Source of the DNA: Takakia lepidozioides
Taxonomy: Eukaryota > Plantae > Bryophyta
NCBI GenBank assembly: GCA_030704615.1
Contig: CM060732.1
Coordinates: 12,214,001 to 12,278,000, forward strand
Reading direction: 5' to 3'
DNA: 64,000 nucleotides
The notes under the pieces are model-generated. The model had not been told where the DNA came from. It saw nothing but the letters and a program-made list of their open reading frames with translations, and made no database searches. This document shows, one piece after another, positions 37,671 through 49,800 of the stretch. The translations under genes were made by a program, and so were the position numbers. The stretch's first letter is position 1. Each line of letters opens with the position of its first letter.

Positions 37671-37759
37671 CCTGTTACATGGTATGCCTTTTGAAGCTCT
37701 TTTTGTAGTGTCTCATGCTTCGTAATGCGGTGCTTCTCCATGTCTACTTTATCCAATAT

Positions 37760-37946
37760 GTCGATCGGGCAGGGGGATGGCGGGGAAGGGGTGGGTTGGC
37801 GCCGGGGCAAGGGGGCGCCAGGGCGCAGCGACCGCGAGCCGCGCAGGAGCCGGCGATGGGGGTGCAGCTGGGGGGGGGGGGGTGCCACGCAGGCAGGACC
37901 GAAGGGGTCGCATTAAACTCCCGGGCCTTTTCTAATGTGCGCCCTA
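37760..37946. mobile_element. Candidate right end of the hAT element
   Basis: GC-rich block containing GCAGCGACCGC (the motif of the 16.2-16.7 kb array). It ends GTGCGCCCTA, whose reverse complement TAGGG fits the hAT YARNG terminus. The left end is outside the window. Confidence 0.35.
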
Positions 37947-37990
37947 AGACAAACACACCAACCATGTCTCAATACAAAAGAGTGCACATC

Positions 37991-38055
37991 AGCTGGTAGC
38001 TCAGCTGGTAAGTGCACAGTGTGTCGCCCTGGTGGTTCGGGGCTCTAACCCGTTG
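37991..38055 (+). mobile_element. tRNA-like (SINE) head
   Basis: Box A-like TAGCTCAGCTGG (37997) and degenerate box B GGCTCTAACCC (38041). No clean cloverleaf. Confidence 0.35.
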
Positions 38056-38328
38056 CCCTGCCTGGTGCGTGGATCGTTCATGACCGGTTGGTCTGGTGGT
38101 CACGTTTCCCACCTGTGTGCCTAATGGCTTCTCTGGAAGGGGGTTAATTTTCCCCCCTCCTCAAGGGCCTGAATTGTGAGCAGTCGCTCCCAATAATATG
38201 ATACGGTGTAGCCGATAGGCCAGATGCTGGATCAATTTTGGTGCCTTTGGGAAGCTAGGTGAGTGGGTAAAGCTGCCCTCGCGTCTGTCTTGGTCTGAAG
38301 TAGAGCTGTGGCACATGCGCGTATGCTT

Positions 38329-40100
38329 TCAGACAGTGTCAGAGTCACGCAGGCCTAGCATCTGCAGGTCGGCCGTCGTCGTTCGCTTTTCTGTAACGAA
38401 GGGCAGGTCCGTATCCTGCGCATGTTGTTCGAGCGTCGGGTATCCCATCCATAGTTGCGGAGTATCTCGGAAGCTGGAAATTTCCATGTGCTGAGAGAGG
38501 CCTTGTGTGTGAAGGCCTTGTGATATTTTGGGATCTGAGTGTGAGCTTCCTTCGTCACTATGGAGTGTGCGGGAAGTGCATTTGATCCAAATAAGCAAAT
38601 GACCATCTCCATTTTTATAAGCCTCATCTGCAGCTTCCAATTTTGATGGTCATTTGGTTTTTAAAGTATTTATATACGCATGTGTGGATATGTTCCAGAT
38701 GGAGAATATCAACATTGGAAAAATAATAATTTGGTGAAGCACCTCATTACGAAGCAAAATACATTACAGAAGACCTCAGCATGTTGAACATCTGGATGAA
38801 GAATTCAAGAACTCGCACCATCAGTTGCGCTCCTGCAGCAACACCGGTCCCCCGAGTAAATAAAGTTCCGTTGTAAATAATAAATTGCATACGCTCGAAC
38901 CTCACAGATGTCATGTCAACAAAATTGGCCGTGTATTGTGTCACTGTTTGTAACTTGGAATGTTTCAATGTTTCTGACAGGGTACTGAGAAAATGATATA
39001 TTGGTTCCGTACGAGTTAGACAACAAACGTTCCATATCTCATTCAAATGGCGACACTACCATGAGTGGCATGGATAAAAAACTAATAGGGTACATGCGAC
39101 CTCCGGACGTTCAAGTAGACCATTCGCTGGACCTAGTATCAAACGTTCGGACTTCGGAGGTCGCATGTGCCCCTATTAGTTTCCGATCCATGCCTCTCAT
39201 GGTAGTGTCGCACATCCGACTGAGATGTGAGACGTTTGTTGTTTAACTCCTACAGAACTAATACATCGTTTTCTCAGCCACCCTAGCAAAAATGTTGGCT
39301 TCTCAACATCCTTACCACCAAACTCCATCACACGAATGACCTCCTTACTTTCTGTCTCAGTCAAATGCCATTGAGATTCATCATCTTTCACAACAATTCT
39401 CTTCATTTCAGCAACGGTTACCGGCACATACTCATCCTTATCAGCTACATCTGTGTAGATGTAATACTTGGTCAGTTCCTTCACTTTCTTATCTAGAAGC
39501 TCATGCTTCTGGACAGTAGCTACAAATTCGGAGTAAGAAGTGGCTCGGTTCACCTCATCTGTGACAGAAGTGTCGACGTCAGGTGAGGTGAAGAGGTCCC
39601 CGAGTTGATTGCCAGCCTTTTGGGTTTCTACGTACTGCTGCTTCAGCCAGGCAAGGGCCTTCAAGGTGACAGGACGCGGCTCCCTTTCATCATATCCTTC
39701 TCCTCTCGCTAAGGTCCACAAGCTGCTCAGCAATGAGTGTTACCAAATTCGAGAGAAGGGAGAAATTAAATGAAATGGTGCTTTATAACATCCGCAAAAA
39801 GCTCATAGAGCTTATGGGACAAAATGGAAGAAAACATGAGAGAGGAAACAGAAAAAAACCCCAGAGCCAGAGATAAAAACTATTGTTCGAGTGATTGTTT
39901 GAGTGCCTCATGCAGGTTCGAGAGAAAGACAAAAACATATTTCAAAAATCAAAACAGGAACTGAATCTTACAGGTTAAGAGAGAGCTCAAGCCTCGGGCC
40001 ACTAGTAAACTCTTGAGGTGACGGGTTCATGTACTCACCTGCAGAATTCCTCGGGACCAAGCTTGGGCTTTTGAGCCTTGAATCAGAGCTCGCCATTCTG
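38329..40100 (-). pseudogene. Unidentified degenerate coding region
   Basis: ORFs 39197-39733 and 38747-39046 share a frame and join once the hairpin is removed. Flanking ORFs 39968-40189 and 38329-38640 may be further exons. Confidence 0.35.
39050..39211. mobile_element. 162-bp hairpin/MITE with ~60-bp terminal inverted repeats
   Basis: GCGACACTACCATGAGTGGCATGGAT...GACCTCC versus GGAGGTC...ATCCATGCCTCTCATGGTAGTGTCGC. Confidence 0.8.
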
Positions 40101-43100
40101 TGGACAGATAACAAAGCTACTATGCTCCTCTGGAGGCGGCGCAATGCTGTTCTGATTGCAAGACGTGGGAAATGGTGGGCAAAGAACATACTGATGGTAT
40201 TAGAGTTCTAAGTTATATTGTCCAGAGGGAGTACTATATAGGTACTATATTCCCATCATTGATTGGACGATTGGACCCCTACTAAGCCAGAAAGTACTAG
40301 GGACAATCATTCAAGTACTCGGACAATCAAATACTCGGGAATATGTTCTCATACTTGGATGAGAGTATGAGAAAGTCTGGACTAGAATAACCATCAACAT
40401 CCAGAGGTCTAATAACAAGTATGTACACATGAATGCAATTTGATTTAGAAGCCATTTAAAATCATTTTACAACTAATTTCAGGGTGGTACAACATATGAT
40501 ACAACATGCACCAGAATCTTGAATTCCACCCAAAATTTCTGAGTAGTTTATACATTCACTATGAGTTCTTTCCGAACTTTGCTTTCAAGTACATGATGCT
40601 AGTTGCAAATTCGATTGAACTGTCTGGGCGTACTCAGGATGAAGAATTTGAAAGAATCATAGCTTGTTAGTCCCCCTTCCCTGTCCGCCTTCACTCTCTC
40701 ACATCATATGTACTAATTCAGACCATACATCTTAGCAATGTCAGCAGATATCTTCAGTTGAATCTGCCTAGGATCTGCAGAATTCAGCAATCTACGCCCC
40801 GCTCACGATTGACTCGCAACCTCACAGCCTATGCATATAATAATTTCTCAGGATCGAATGGAGGATAGGTCTTCCTGGCAATCTTGTAATCCATCTCATT
40901 CATCTATGCTTTCATTTTTGGAGGGAGAGGATTTTGCGACATATCCTGGAGCCTATCTAGCAGGCTCCCATGTAGAGTGGCCTCTCACTCTCATGATATG
41001 GTCCTTCTGAAAATCGAGTTTGACTGACGCTTATTAATCTCATAGGATGAATGATCAGTTTCGAGAAGCTTTTCCAAGGGCTACGATCGTTGGGAAAACA
41101 CCAAGGAGGAGTAGTGCATACCCATGTGCACGGCTTTATAAAATAGAATCTGAGTTCGAACGATTTCATTCTCATATCGTGCTCATCTGTGTCGGCTGTT
41201 TTATAAGTCATGTGTAGCTTGCTGTCTTGTTAGACATTCCGCGTCCTTAACTATAGGGACTGAAAGAGCTTAGTTTACCTGCATGATGCACTCCGACATT
41301 TGGGTTTAATTATCTTTTCTGCTTCTATTGTATAGCTCTACTGTGTCCCGCGGGCGTTGTGGCCCTCCTGTGGGTGCAATGCACTTCTTTCTTGCATTGA
41401 CAAAGGTTTAGAGTTCAAGTTGCCTCGTGGGAGATGTGCTTTGATTTTGCCGCATTTTGCTATAGGGACACAACACGGAAGCACATGAGGAGCCGGTGGC
41501 ACCTACAGATTTGATTCATTCGGAGCTGGTTTTTGACTTGACATGCATCAATGTTGAGGGGCGATCGGTGGTGCTCACTCCTTGTGGTGCAGGTGCTATG
41601 GAGGCTTCTGTTTCATAGGAGTCTTCTCTTAGCCTTAGACAGATTTTCATTTTCAGATTGTAATATTCTTCCATAGTTGTTTTGTAGTCTAGTTTTTAGG
41701 CTTAGCATGAAGTTCCAACTTGTCCACACGCGTAAGGTTTTCCTTTGCATGGGTTTTGTCCCACTGGGTTTTCCCATGAAAGGTTTTTCACCCTGCGACG
41801 TTGGGGAACTTCATGACGGGGTAAGATCCTTATATTTTACCTCGCGAAGCTCGAATTTTAAAGGGGGGGGGAGCCTTCACATATGTGATGGCGCATGTTC
41901 TCCTGGCCTGACTTTCGGCTTATTCATTACTGTTTGACAGGTTCATCCCATGCCATTAGTATTTATGGCGGGAGGCCATTATACAGCCTGACCCATACTT
42001 GTTTGAGGTTATCCTAGGGCTTTATGGCTGTATCTGGACCCTTCATTGATCTACAGGCCAGATCTGTTTGTAATCTGGGCACCCCGTGGCATGCTGCCAT
42101 GTGGGGGTATTGCCTCACTCCCTAGGCTTTGGGTATAAGCTTGTTCCTGACCTTGAATCAGGGCCCTTCTTCTCGTATGTACACCCTGATGTACGGGCTT
42201 CTGGATGTGCTATGTGAGCTTTGGATGTGTGTATGTTGGCTCTGCATATGTTGTACGTGGGATCCTCTACATGTTCATCTCCCCTCTCATGCTGTAAAGC
42301 CCGCTCTTTCCGAGCTCTTACACCCCTAGTTTAACGTGCCCTTGTGAGGACGGGAGAATCTCATTCAAGCACAAAATAAGCCTTCACAGAACTCCGTTCA
42401 ATGTTCACAAAAAGGGGTGGGTCATCCCCATGGTATATTCGAGCAGATTTTTAAAAAATGATTTTTTGAAGTGGTTCGATCTTTTCGGACAGCTTAAGAA
42501 AAGACAACGATGACGTGGCTGACGACGTGGCACTATGGCATCCCATTCGTACTCTTCACTAAAACTAGTCTCCCACTTTTCAGTCATCTCTATCAAAACT
42601 TATGACAAGGAGGTCTACATAGAGCCAAAAAAGATTTGGAGGTAACTTGAAAGTGGATCTACTGTTCACTGGACACTCGACAGATCCATCCCCAGTTATT
42701 GATCTACAGCCATCTGAAAGTGTCATTACACAGTCTCTATCCTCTTCCCTCAAGTAGAGTATATTGAAAACAAGGAACAAAACAAAATACAAATTCCCAA
42801 ATTTGGTTTCCTGGATGACAATCATGCTATACACAAAAGATCTCTGCAGGCCTAAGATAACTTCTCTCTTTCTCTCTCTCTCCAACAAGGAGCAGGGAAC
42901 AAGGTTGCAGCAACAACAGTCTAAGAAATCATTCTCTCTCGCATTCAACTCGTCAGATATAAAGCTTGGTGACACCACTGAAGGAAACTTTCCAGGGATG
43001 GTAGCTAACCTGATCCTACTCTCTTTCTTGCTACTTGATGAAAATGAGTCCATATAAGTCACAGGTTCAGGCAAGCGAAATGTGGCAAAGATGTCTCTCA

Positions 43101-43851
43101 AGCATACCCTTCCAACAGTTAATGACATGGGATAACAACAGTGGACAACTTCCATTCCACAACGCACATGGAACAACGATTCTATGATGATTTACAGTCT
43201 TGCGCACACCACCAGACATTGGTGAAAGACGAACCAAATGATTCTAAAATCATGGCCGAAGCCCGCCAGGCACAAAACGTGCGCGCCCCAAAGGCATCAA
43301 GATTCCCTCAGACCCAAGGTTTCTTGTAGAGTTACATAGTGTACCACTTGACCAAAACTGTCCATGTTAACAAATAAATCTCTCTCATCGGCTTTCGCAC
43401 AGGAGAGATTCCTCCCCCTGAAAATCCAGGGCAATCAGTGAGAAACTTAAAACATCTCACCAACAGATACCACTTGGCAGAACTCTTACCATAAGTGACT
43501 CAATAATTTTAACCGAGAAAGCCAGCTGACCCTCAAGGGAATGCACTTGCTTCCCCTGCGATTCGCAATTTCTAAGGTGAATGGTTAAATGGGGCTGACT
43601 GAGCAAGAGGACGGACAAAAACAATTTGAGACCTAAAGATCAAGTCCTTGGCTTGAGCTACAGTCTAATCGAAACTTGGCCTACAAAGTACAACAGCGAG
43701 AAGAGTACCTAAGTTCATGCTTCTCAAGCGAACAATAACTTCTGGCCAAGTGAGAATGGAGCTTGGATCCAACGAATTTTACTGGAGTAAACACAGCCTG
43801 CACTGGTCACCCCATCCCTTTCTCAATGTCTACCAAGAGTGGGAGGGATGC

Positions 43852-46800
43852 TCAGGGAGTCTTCCAGTTAAATTGAAGTCCACCATACCCACTGGCTGCA
43901 CCAAGGCTGCCAAGCATGCTGCTCCCACCAAGGTCATGTAGTGACTGGTGAGTTGGGTCTTGTAACTGCAGATTCTGCTGCTGAGCCATTGCAGTTAGGT
44001 TGAGCCTCCCACTGAGCCCACTTATTGCACCCATGTTCCCTCCGCCCATGTTCCCTCCCATCACACTAAGACTACCACCCATGCTTCTAAGACTATGGTT
44101 TCCAAGGCCTGAAAGTGTTGTGTTGCCACCGGGCCCACCCATTGCGTTGGTCAAAACCCCTGCCAATCCCCCGAGGCTACTATTATTGACGCCCAGGTGG
44201 TTACTTACAACTCCATTACTAACCCCCCCTAAGTTACCTGTTCCAGTACCATGGGAAACCCCTGTCCTGCCTAGGGCATTCATGGAGGTGCCAAGTCCTG
44301 TATTGATCCCATGGTTTCCGCCTGTGCTGCTGGCCCCAAGCCCTTGTTGGAATGATCCACCCCCATTCAGCTGCTGGGTCATCATCATCTCTTGCAAGAG
44401 GTGGTGTACAGCATTCTGTGTTTCCGCATGCTGTTGACTTGCCTGAGCTGACTGGAGAGATGACTGTTGCTGCTGCATCAGGCTAGCAGCCCCAACGCCC
44501 TCCAGTGAGTTTTGCTGTATGGAGTTTGGAAGCAGGTTGTGGTTTGATGTTGGACCAGCTCCCCCTCCAGACATGGAAGCAAGAGAATTTTGCAGCGATG
44601 ACAGAGAGTTGGTTGGAGAGGCCTGCAGTGACCCTGAGAGAGATCCACCCCCCACTGAAGGCTGCTGCTGCTGTGCATGAAGGGCCCCTGCTAGAGAATT
44701 GGACATACTTCCTTGGTGGGGGCTTTGTAACGGGTTTTGTAATGAGTTCTGTAGTGAATTCTGTAACGATGCCAAGGAATTTTGGTGGAGGAATGAACTC
44801 AGGGGGTTGGCGTTGTTGTTGAGAGAACTGGTGAGGCTGTTTCCCATATGATTTCCCACATTCAGCTGTTGCTGCAGGCTACTCAAGGCATTGTTAGCAT
44901 TTGAGTCAGAGACCAGAGACTGCAGGTCCAGTTGATCTTGCTGTTGCTGCAGTGCTTGGTTCCCTAGTGTGCCAGACATCAACGAGTTTTGTCGTGGGAA
45001 GCTATGTAAGCTGTCTGCATGCCAATCCCAGCTCCAATTGTCAGGGAAGGAAGAGAGAATGAAAAGAAGAGCTTTACGTACATCCACAGGCCAAAAGCCT
45101 AAGTGCCTCATGCAGTTAAGCTGCTAGACACTTCAGATCCTAAAAGGAAACGATTTACTCCAAGATTTCTTGTGGTCCACAACCTGAGGTGTGGGAAAGA
45201 GAAATTTGATCTCGCATAATATCAGTAGAATGGCCACACTACAAAGAGAAATAGCTGACAAAATTCTCTACCCCATGAAGTCATGCAACGAGCCTGTAAA
45301 CAGCATATGCCACAGATTATGATCTTCCAAAAAGGGCTGATGATGTTATTCGACCATCACAGGGAGAAACTGCTGCCTCTTTGAAAAGGTAAGTCTTTAA
45401 CCCTTGTTTTTTGCAGAGCCAATACTGTCTAAAAGTGGATTTTATGGAATGTCATGTACCCACAGCTAATCAAAGCATTTCAATGCACTGGAGCATGTGA
45501 TAAAATTAGGCTTCACACTCCAGTCTATGTACAATTATCAGCCACCCCTCCTCTCTGTCTGTCCACATATCAAAATCCACTTGTGCAGGTATAGGGAAAA
45601 CATACCAATGGGTCCCATATTGTTTTCACGGCTGAAATCTATCAGATCTTTCATACTGTTGACCACTTCTGATATCTGCACATGAAGCGAAGGGTCAACC
45701 AGTCCCCTGTTGGATCACACTCAAGGCAAGGATAGACAATATTAATAATCCTAGAAATGAAACAAATCATTCACCTATTTCTATTCACTTGCTGCCACTC
45801 AATTTCATGTGTATACAATGTGGGGATGGGGCTAGCCTGTGCACTTACACAGAAGAGATTTTAGGAACACTGCAGTTATTTCTTGCATCAATTTGAAGCC
45901 AAGTCAGCAGATGTACGACAAAGGTGATAACATTGGGCTTCCAGCAAATTTCTGTCAACTTTGATTGCAAATATGTGACATGTGTACCTGCAGACAGCGA
46001 ACATAACGCTTGGTATAGCCCAAGTCATTAACTGTGGGGACCTCCAAGTTTCTTGCAAGTTGCCGGGCACTTGTTACAAACCTGCATCCACAGGGCCTCA
46101 ATCTGTAAGTTAGATTGTACTGCAAGCAAGCGTGTTTCTCCAGTCCCTCTTGTGCTCAGATGCCTTGCAGCCTGACTGGAAGTGGTGGTGTTACTGTAGG
46201 GATGATCGGTCACATCAAATTACTAACCACTATGGTGTCTACCAATCCTAAGTAAAGATCACACCAATGCTTGTGCAGGAGCTATGACAGTTCCATACTA
46301 GACAGTCAACACCTTGGAGGAAGGTGTCATGTAACCAAAGGCCACAGCAGCTTATCAAGGCAAAGCATCACAGTTTATGGGGTACAGCCGTCACTGGCTT
46401 TGTTTGGGCACTTACAGATGGCAATTGGTTTGCATTTCTTGAAGTGAAAGGCTCGCCCCTCCATTCTGGGTTGCAGATGTTTGGTACTTCTGTGCAATTG
46501 CTGCCAATTGTGTCACCTAGCCACCGCCAAAACGCAAAAATGTATGAAGGGAATCAACATCACAGATTGCTGTTTGCCAACAATGAAATAGCAGCAATGT
46601 CAGTCCTGAGTGCTTCAATCTTGGTGATGGCGAGTGAGAAAGTGCTGGCCTCCTAGTCCTGTGGTCATCATAAGCTAACCATCACAGTAGCATATGGGTG
46701 TTGTAACAAGTCCTCTCTACATAATGAGAATGATAGATTCCTGTTTGAGAAAGAGCCCGTACCCGACATGAGTAACATATACATGCTACAATGTGTCCCT

Positions 46801-49800
46801 AAGGTATTACAAATTTACTGACTGAGAATTTGAAGAAGCAGTACTGCATTGGCCAAACCTGAGAATTAAGAATTGACTTCAAAGTTTACAATTTCACCAG
46901 ATACATTTTCTAAGTACATGTAGAGAGAGAGCCAGAGTAATCTGGACGACTGCGGTTTCTATGAGCTGTTTATATGACCAGACATAGGAAAGGATTTTTC
47001 AGTCAAATTATATATATGCACCTGTGGAACAATCAACCTTCTTGGAAGAAGCTCCTCATGACTTCGTGCACAGAATTCCCATGACAGAATCTGCTCAATA
47101 TCCCCCCCCAACACTTTACATGTGAGATCGATATCTCACTGAATATGCATTATCAATACACAACAACAAATGACTGAATGGTTGAGCAATCTTTAACAGT
47201 GTCCAAACATTACCAGCAGAGTAGAAAGATGTGGTACCTACTTTAAGATCAGAAGAGAAAATGATGCGTAATTGGCCATCACGGACAACGCGCAACTGCT
47301 CAAACACGCTCTCTTGGATGGCCTTGCCGTACTCCAACACCAAATGCCCAGAACTCAGCCGATACTCATTAGGCAGGTCCACAAACAAAAGCTCCTCTAG
47401 AATCCCACTATCGTATTTAATCTTGCACAACCTTGGCAGAACTTCCACAGTTGTCTCTGCCAACACAGCAACATTTCATTAATTCAATGACCCTCAATTT
47501 GAAAAACATTTTGCCATCACATCATGCAAATTCCATCCAGATAGATGGATCTGATCCACTGTCATTATGCTGAAGTGACGATACTTCGCATCATCGGAGT
47601 TCCCATACTTCTTCTCAACCCTGACAGAGAGAGAAGGTAATCATCCATTTGACATCATCCATGATAATCTTATTGACTCGTATGCTTGGTTGAATTCATC
47701 TTGTGAAGGCCTTTCTTTAGGCACGGCAGTACCAACTATCTGATTATATACACCAGTGCTCCACTACGCCCCTGAGCCGGTGTTGTTGTGTCTTGTCACC
47801 TACGAGGACTTGAAACAGTTGGCAAATTCAGGATCAGACCCATGCATCAAGATCCATGACCCTGAACAGGTGTCGCTGGTTATGTCAATTACGAGGACTT
47901 GGAACGGCCGGCAAATCCAGGCGACGACCCTTCCCATAACCTTTAGAAACTCAAACTGGAGAATTGTCAAGGATGACATGTCTACTCCATCAACTCCAAA
48001 TGCAGTTACCGAGTCAGATACCCACAACCCTAGTTGGACAGAGCAAGCATACCCAAAACTGGGAAGAGAGATGGGAATAGTCTTACCAAAACCTCGACTG
48101 GGCTTCGATCCACAGATTTCACAGTGCCAAACGTCCTGCCCAATCCAAGCACTTTTATCATTTAGCAAAAGGACAAAGACAGCATCAGCTAATAGAACAT
48201 TCATCAGGCCACTAACATCTAAGAGAGACATGTGCCAAGTAATGCAACGGCTTCTGCCCCATACAGAACACATTGATCTTAAATCATAAGCGCAATGTTC
48301 AGATGTGAAAGGACAAGAGGAAATCCCAGGGTGAAAGCAAGAGCAACCTGGGGAAAGACACCAGTGGGCTGACGACCACCACTCCCATACAGAGACACAC
48401 ACCAACGCTTCTTGGCACGTGGTGCAAAATACTCAGCTACAAACTTCCGCCAAAATGTTATGTTGTTGTCCTGTACAATCACCGATTGCAATGATCCAAG
48501 CAGAGACATTAACAAACATGCTGACCTCACTTGCAGAGTGGTCTCTACCTTGAGACGAAGGATTGCGAAAGGGAGAATACTTTCAGATGAAGACATTGGT
48601 GAATCAGGGTTTTAGACGTGGTTTCCTCACCCCTCCAGATTCCTGGTCAGTGTTTTTCATCTATCTTACACATCCATTTTTGTAATAGATTGTTTTACAA
48701 CCCCAAATGGCCAATGATCCAAGGAGGGGAAACTAACCGGAGGCCGATGCCGTTGGTGATACATGTACTGCATTAGCCGTCGAGAACAAACCCCAGCCTC
48801 AAACGCCGGCTGCTTTGCCTGACCTGCTTCAAGTTGAACAAGTAAGGAGTTTCAGAGTGGAAGCTAGTTACAGGGCAGCACAAGTGAAGTCTGCAAACAC
48901 AGTTAGGCATCCAATAGGTTTGTATGCTCATAATCAGTTTAAATTTCTGCGAGGAGGCAAACCACTGGAAGACTAACATAAAAAAGAATTGCAGTGCTCT
49001 ATAGTGATATGGAGAGCATAAAGGGACCAAGTGGGAAGCTGGTAGAGACGCAGTGGGAAGAAATAGGGTCAGAAACAGGAGAACAGGGGGAGGGAGAGAC
49101 ATAGTAGAAAATGTCCGGATAGGCAGAGGAGATGGTGATGTCCTCATTAAATTTTCTTGCATACCCTTGTAGACAGACCCCGTCCCCACCTTGGACATAG
49201 TGGCAGAACAGGAAAACCCGGGCGGCTGGGCAGATTTTCTCTAAAAACCCTAAGATTGCATGCTACAAGTTCGGAGACACTCTCATCACCATTTCAAACA
49301 TAGGTGTCCTTGCAAGCTGGGTTACCTTACAGGTGATGTAGCTCAGAGTACAAATATGCCTAATTCTTTGGTTTTCTATTCAAGCAACATTTCCTGCGTG
49401 ACATTAATAGGCACGGCTTCCAATTCCTCCATGAAAGACAGAGGTCTCACCAGCACTCTGCATGAGGCTGGCATGCTGTTGTTGCTGGTGCTGGTGCTGG
49501 TGATGCTGAAGCTGAAGGGGTCCTCTTTGGAGATGGTGCGATTGAAGGAGCTGCTGTTGCTGTTGCTGCTGCTGCTGTAGCAGGCGCTGCTGTTGTAGTA
49601 GGGTGAGCTGAGCTTGCACTTGCTGTGTGTGCTGTCTTTGCTGCAACTGAAGCATTTCTTGTCTTTGAAGTTGCGGTGAGAGACTTACACTATCGTGTCT
49701 CTGGAGAGCATGCTGAACCACCTGTTGCATTCTAGCATCATGTTTAGATCACTTGCTGCCCTTATAGACTCATTTGACAAGAGAGACAGGCAGGACAAAA

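Noticed and set aside
38329-38640. Second methyltransferase-like segment
   Set aside because: Faint resemblance only, with neither a DPPY-like nor an FxGxG-like motif.
41300-42340. Possible LINE 3'-end fragments
   Set aside because: Only vague Trp-rich translations and no diagnostic motif, so too weak to call.
42580-43176. 198-aa minus-strand ORF
   Set aside because: Lies in the probable SEUSS 3' region, includes a microsatellite, and has no recognisable domain.
47756-48405. 177-aa and 201-aa ORFs within SEUSS
   Set aside because: Intron read-through or antisense frames around real exons.
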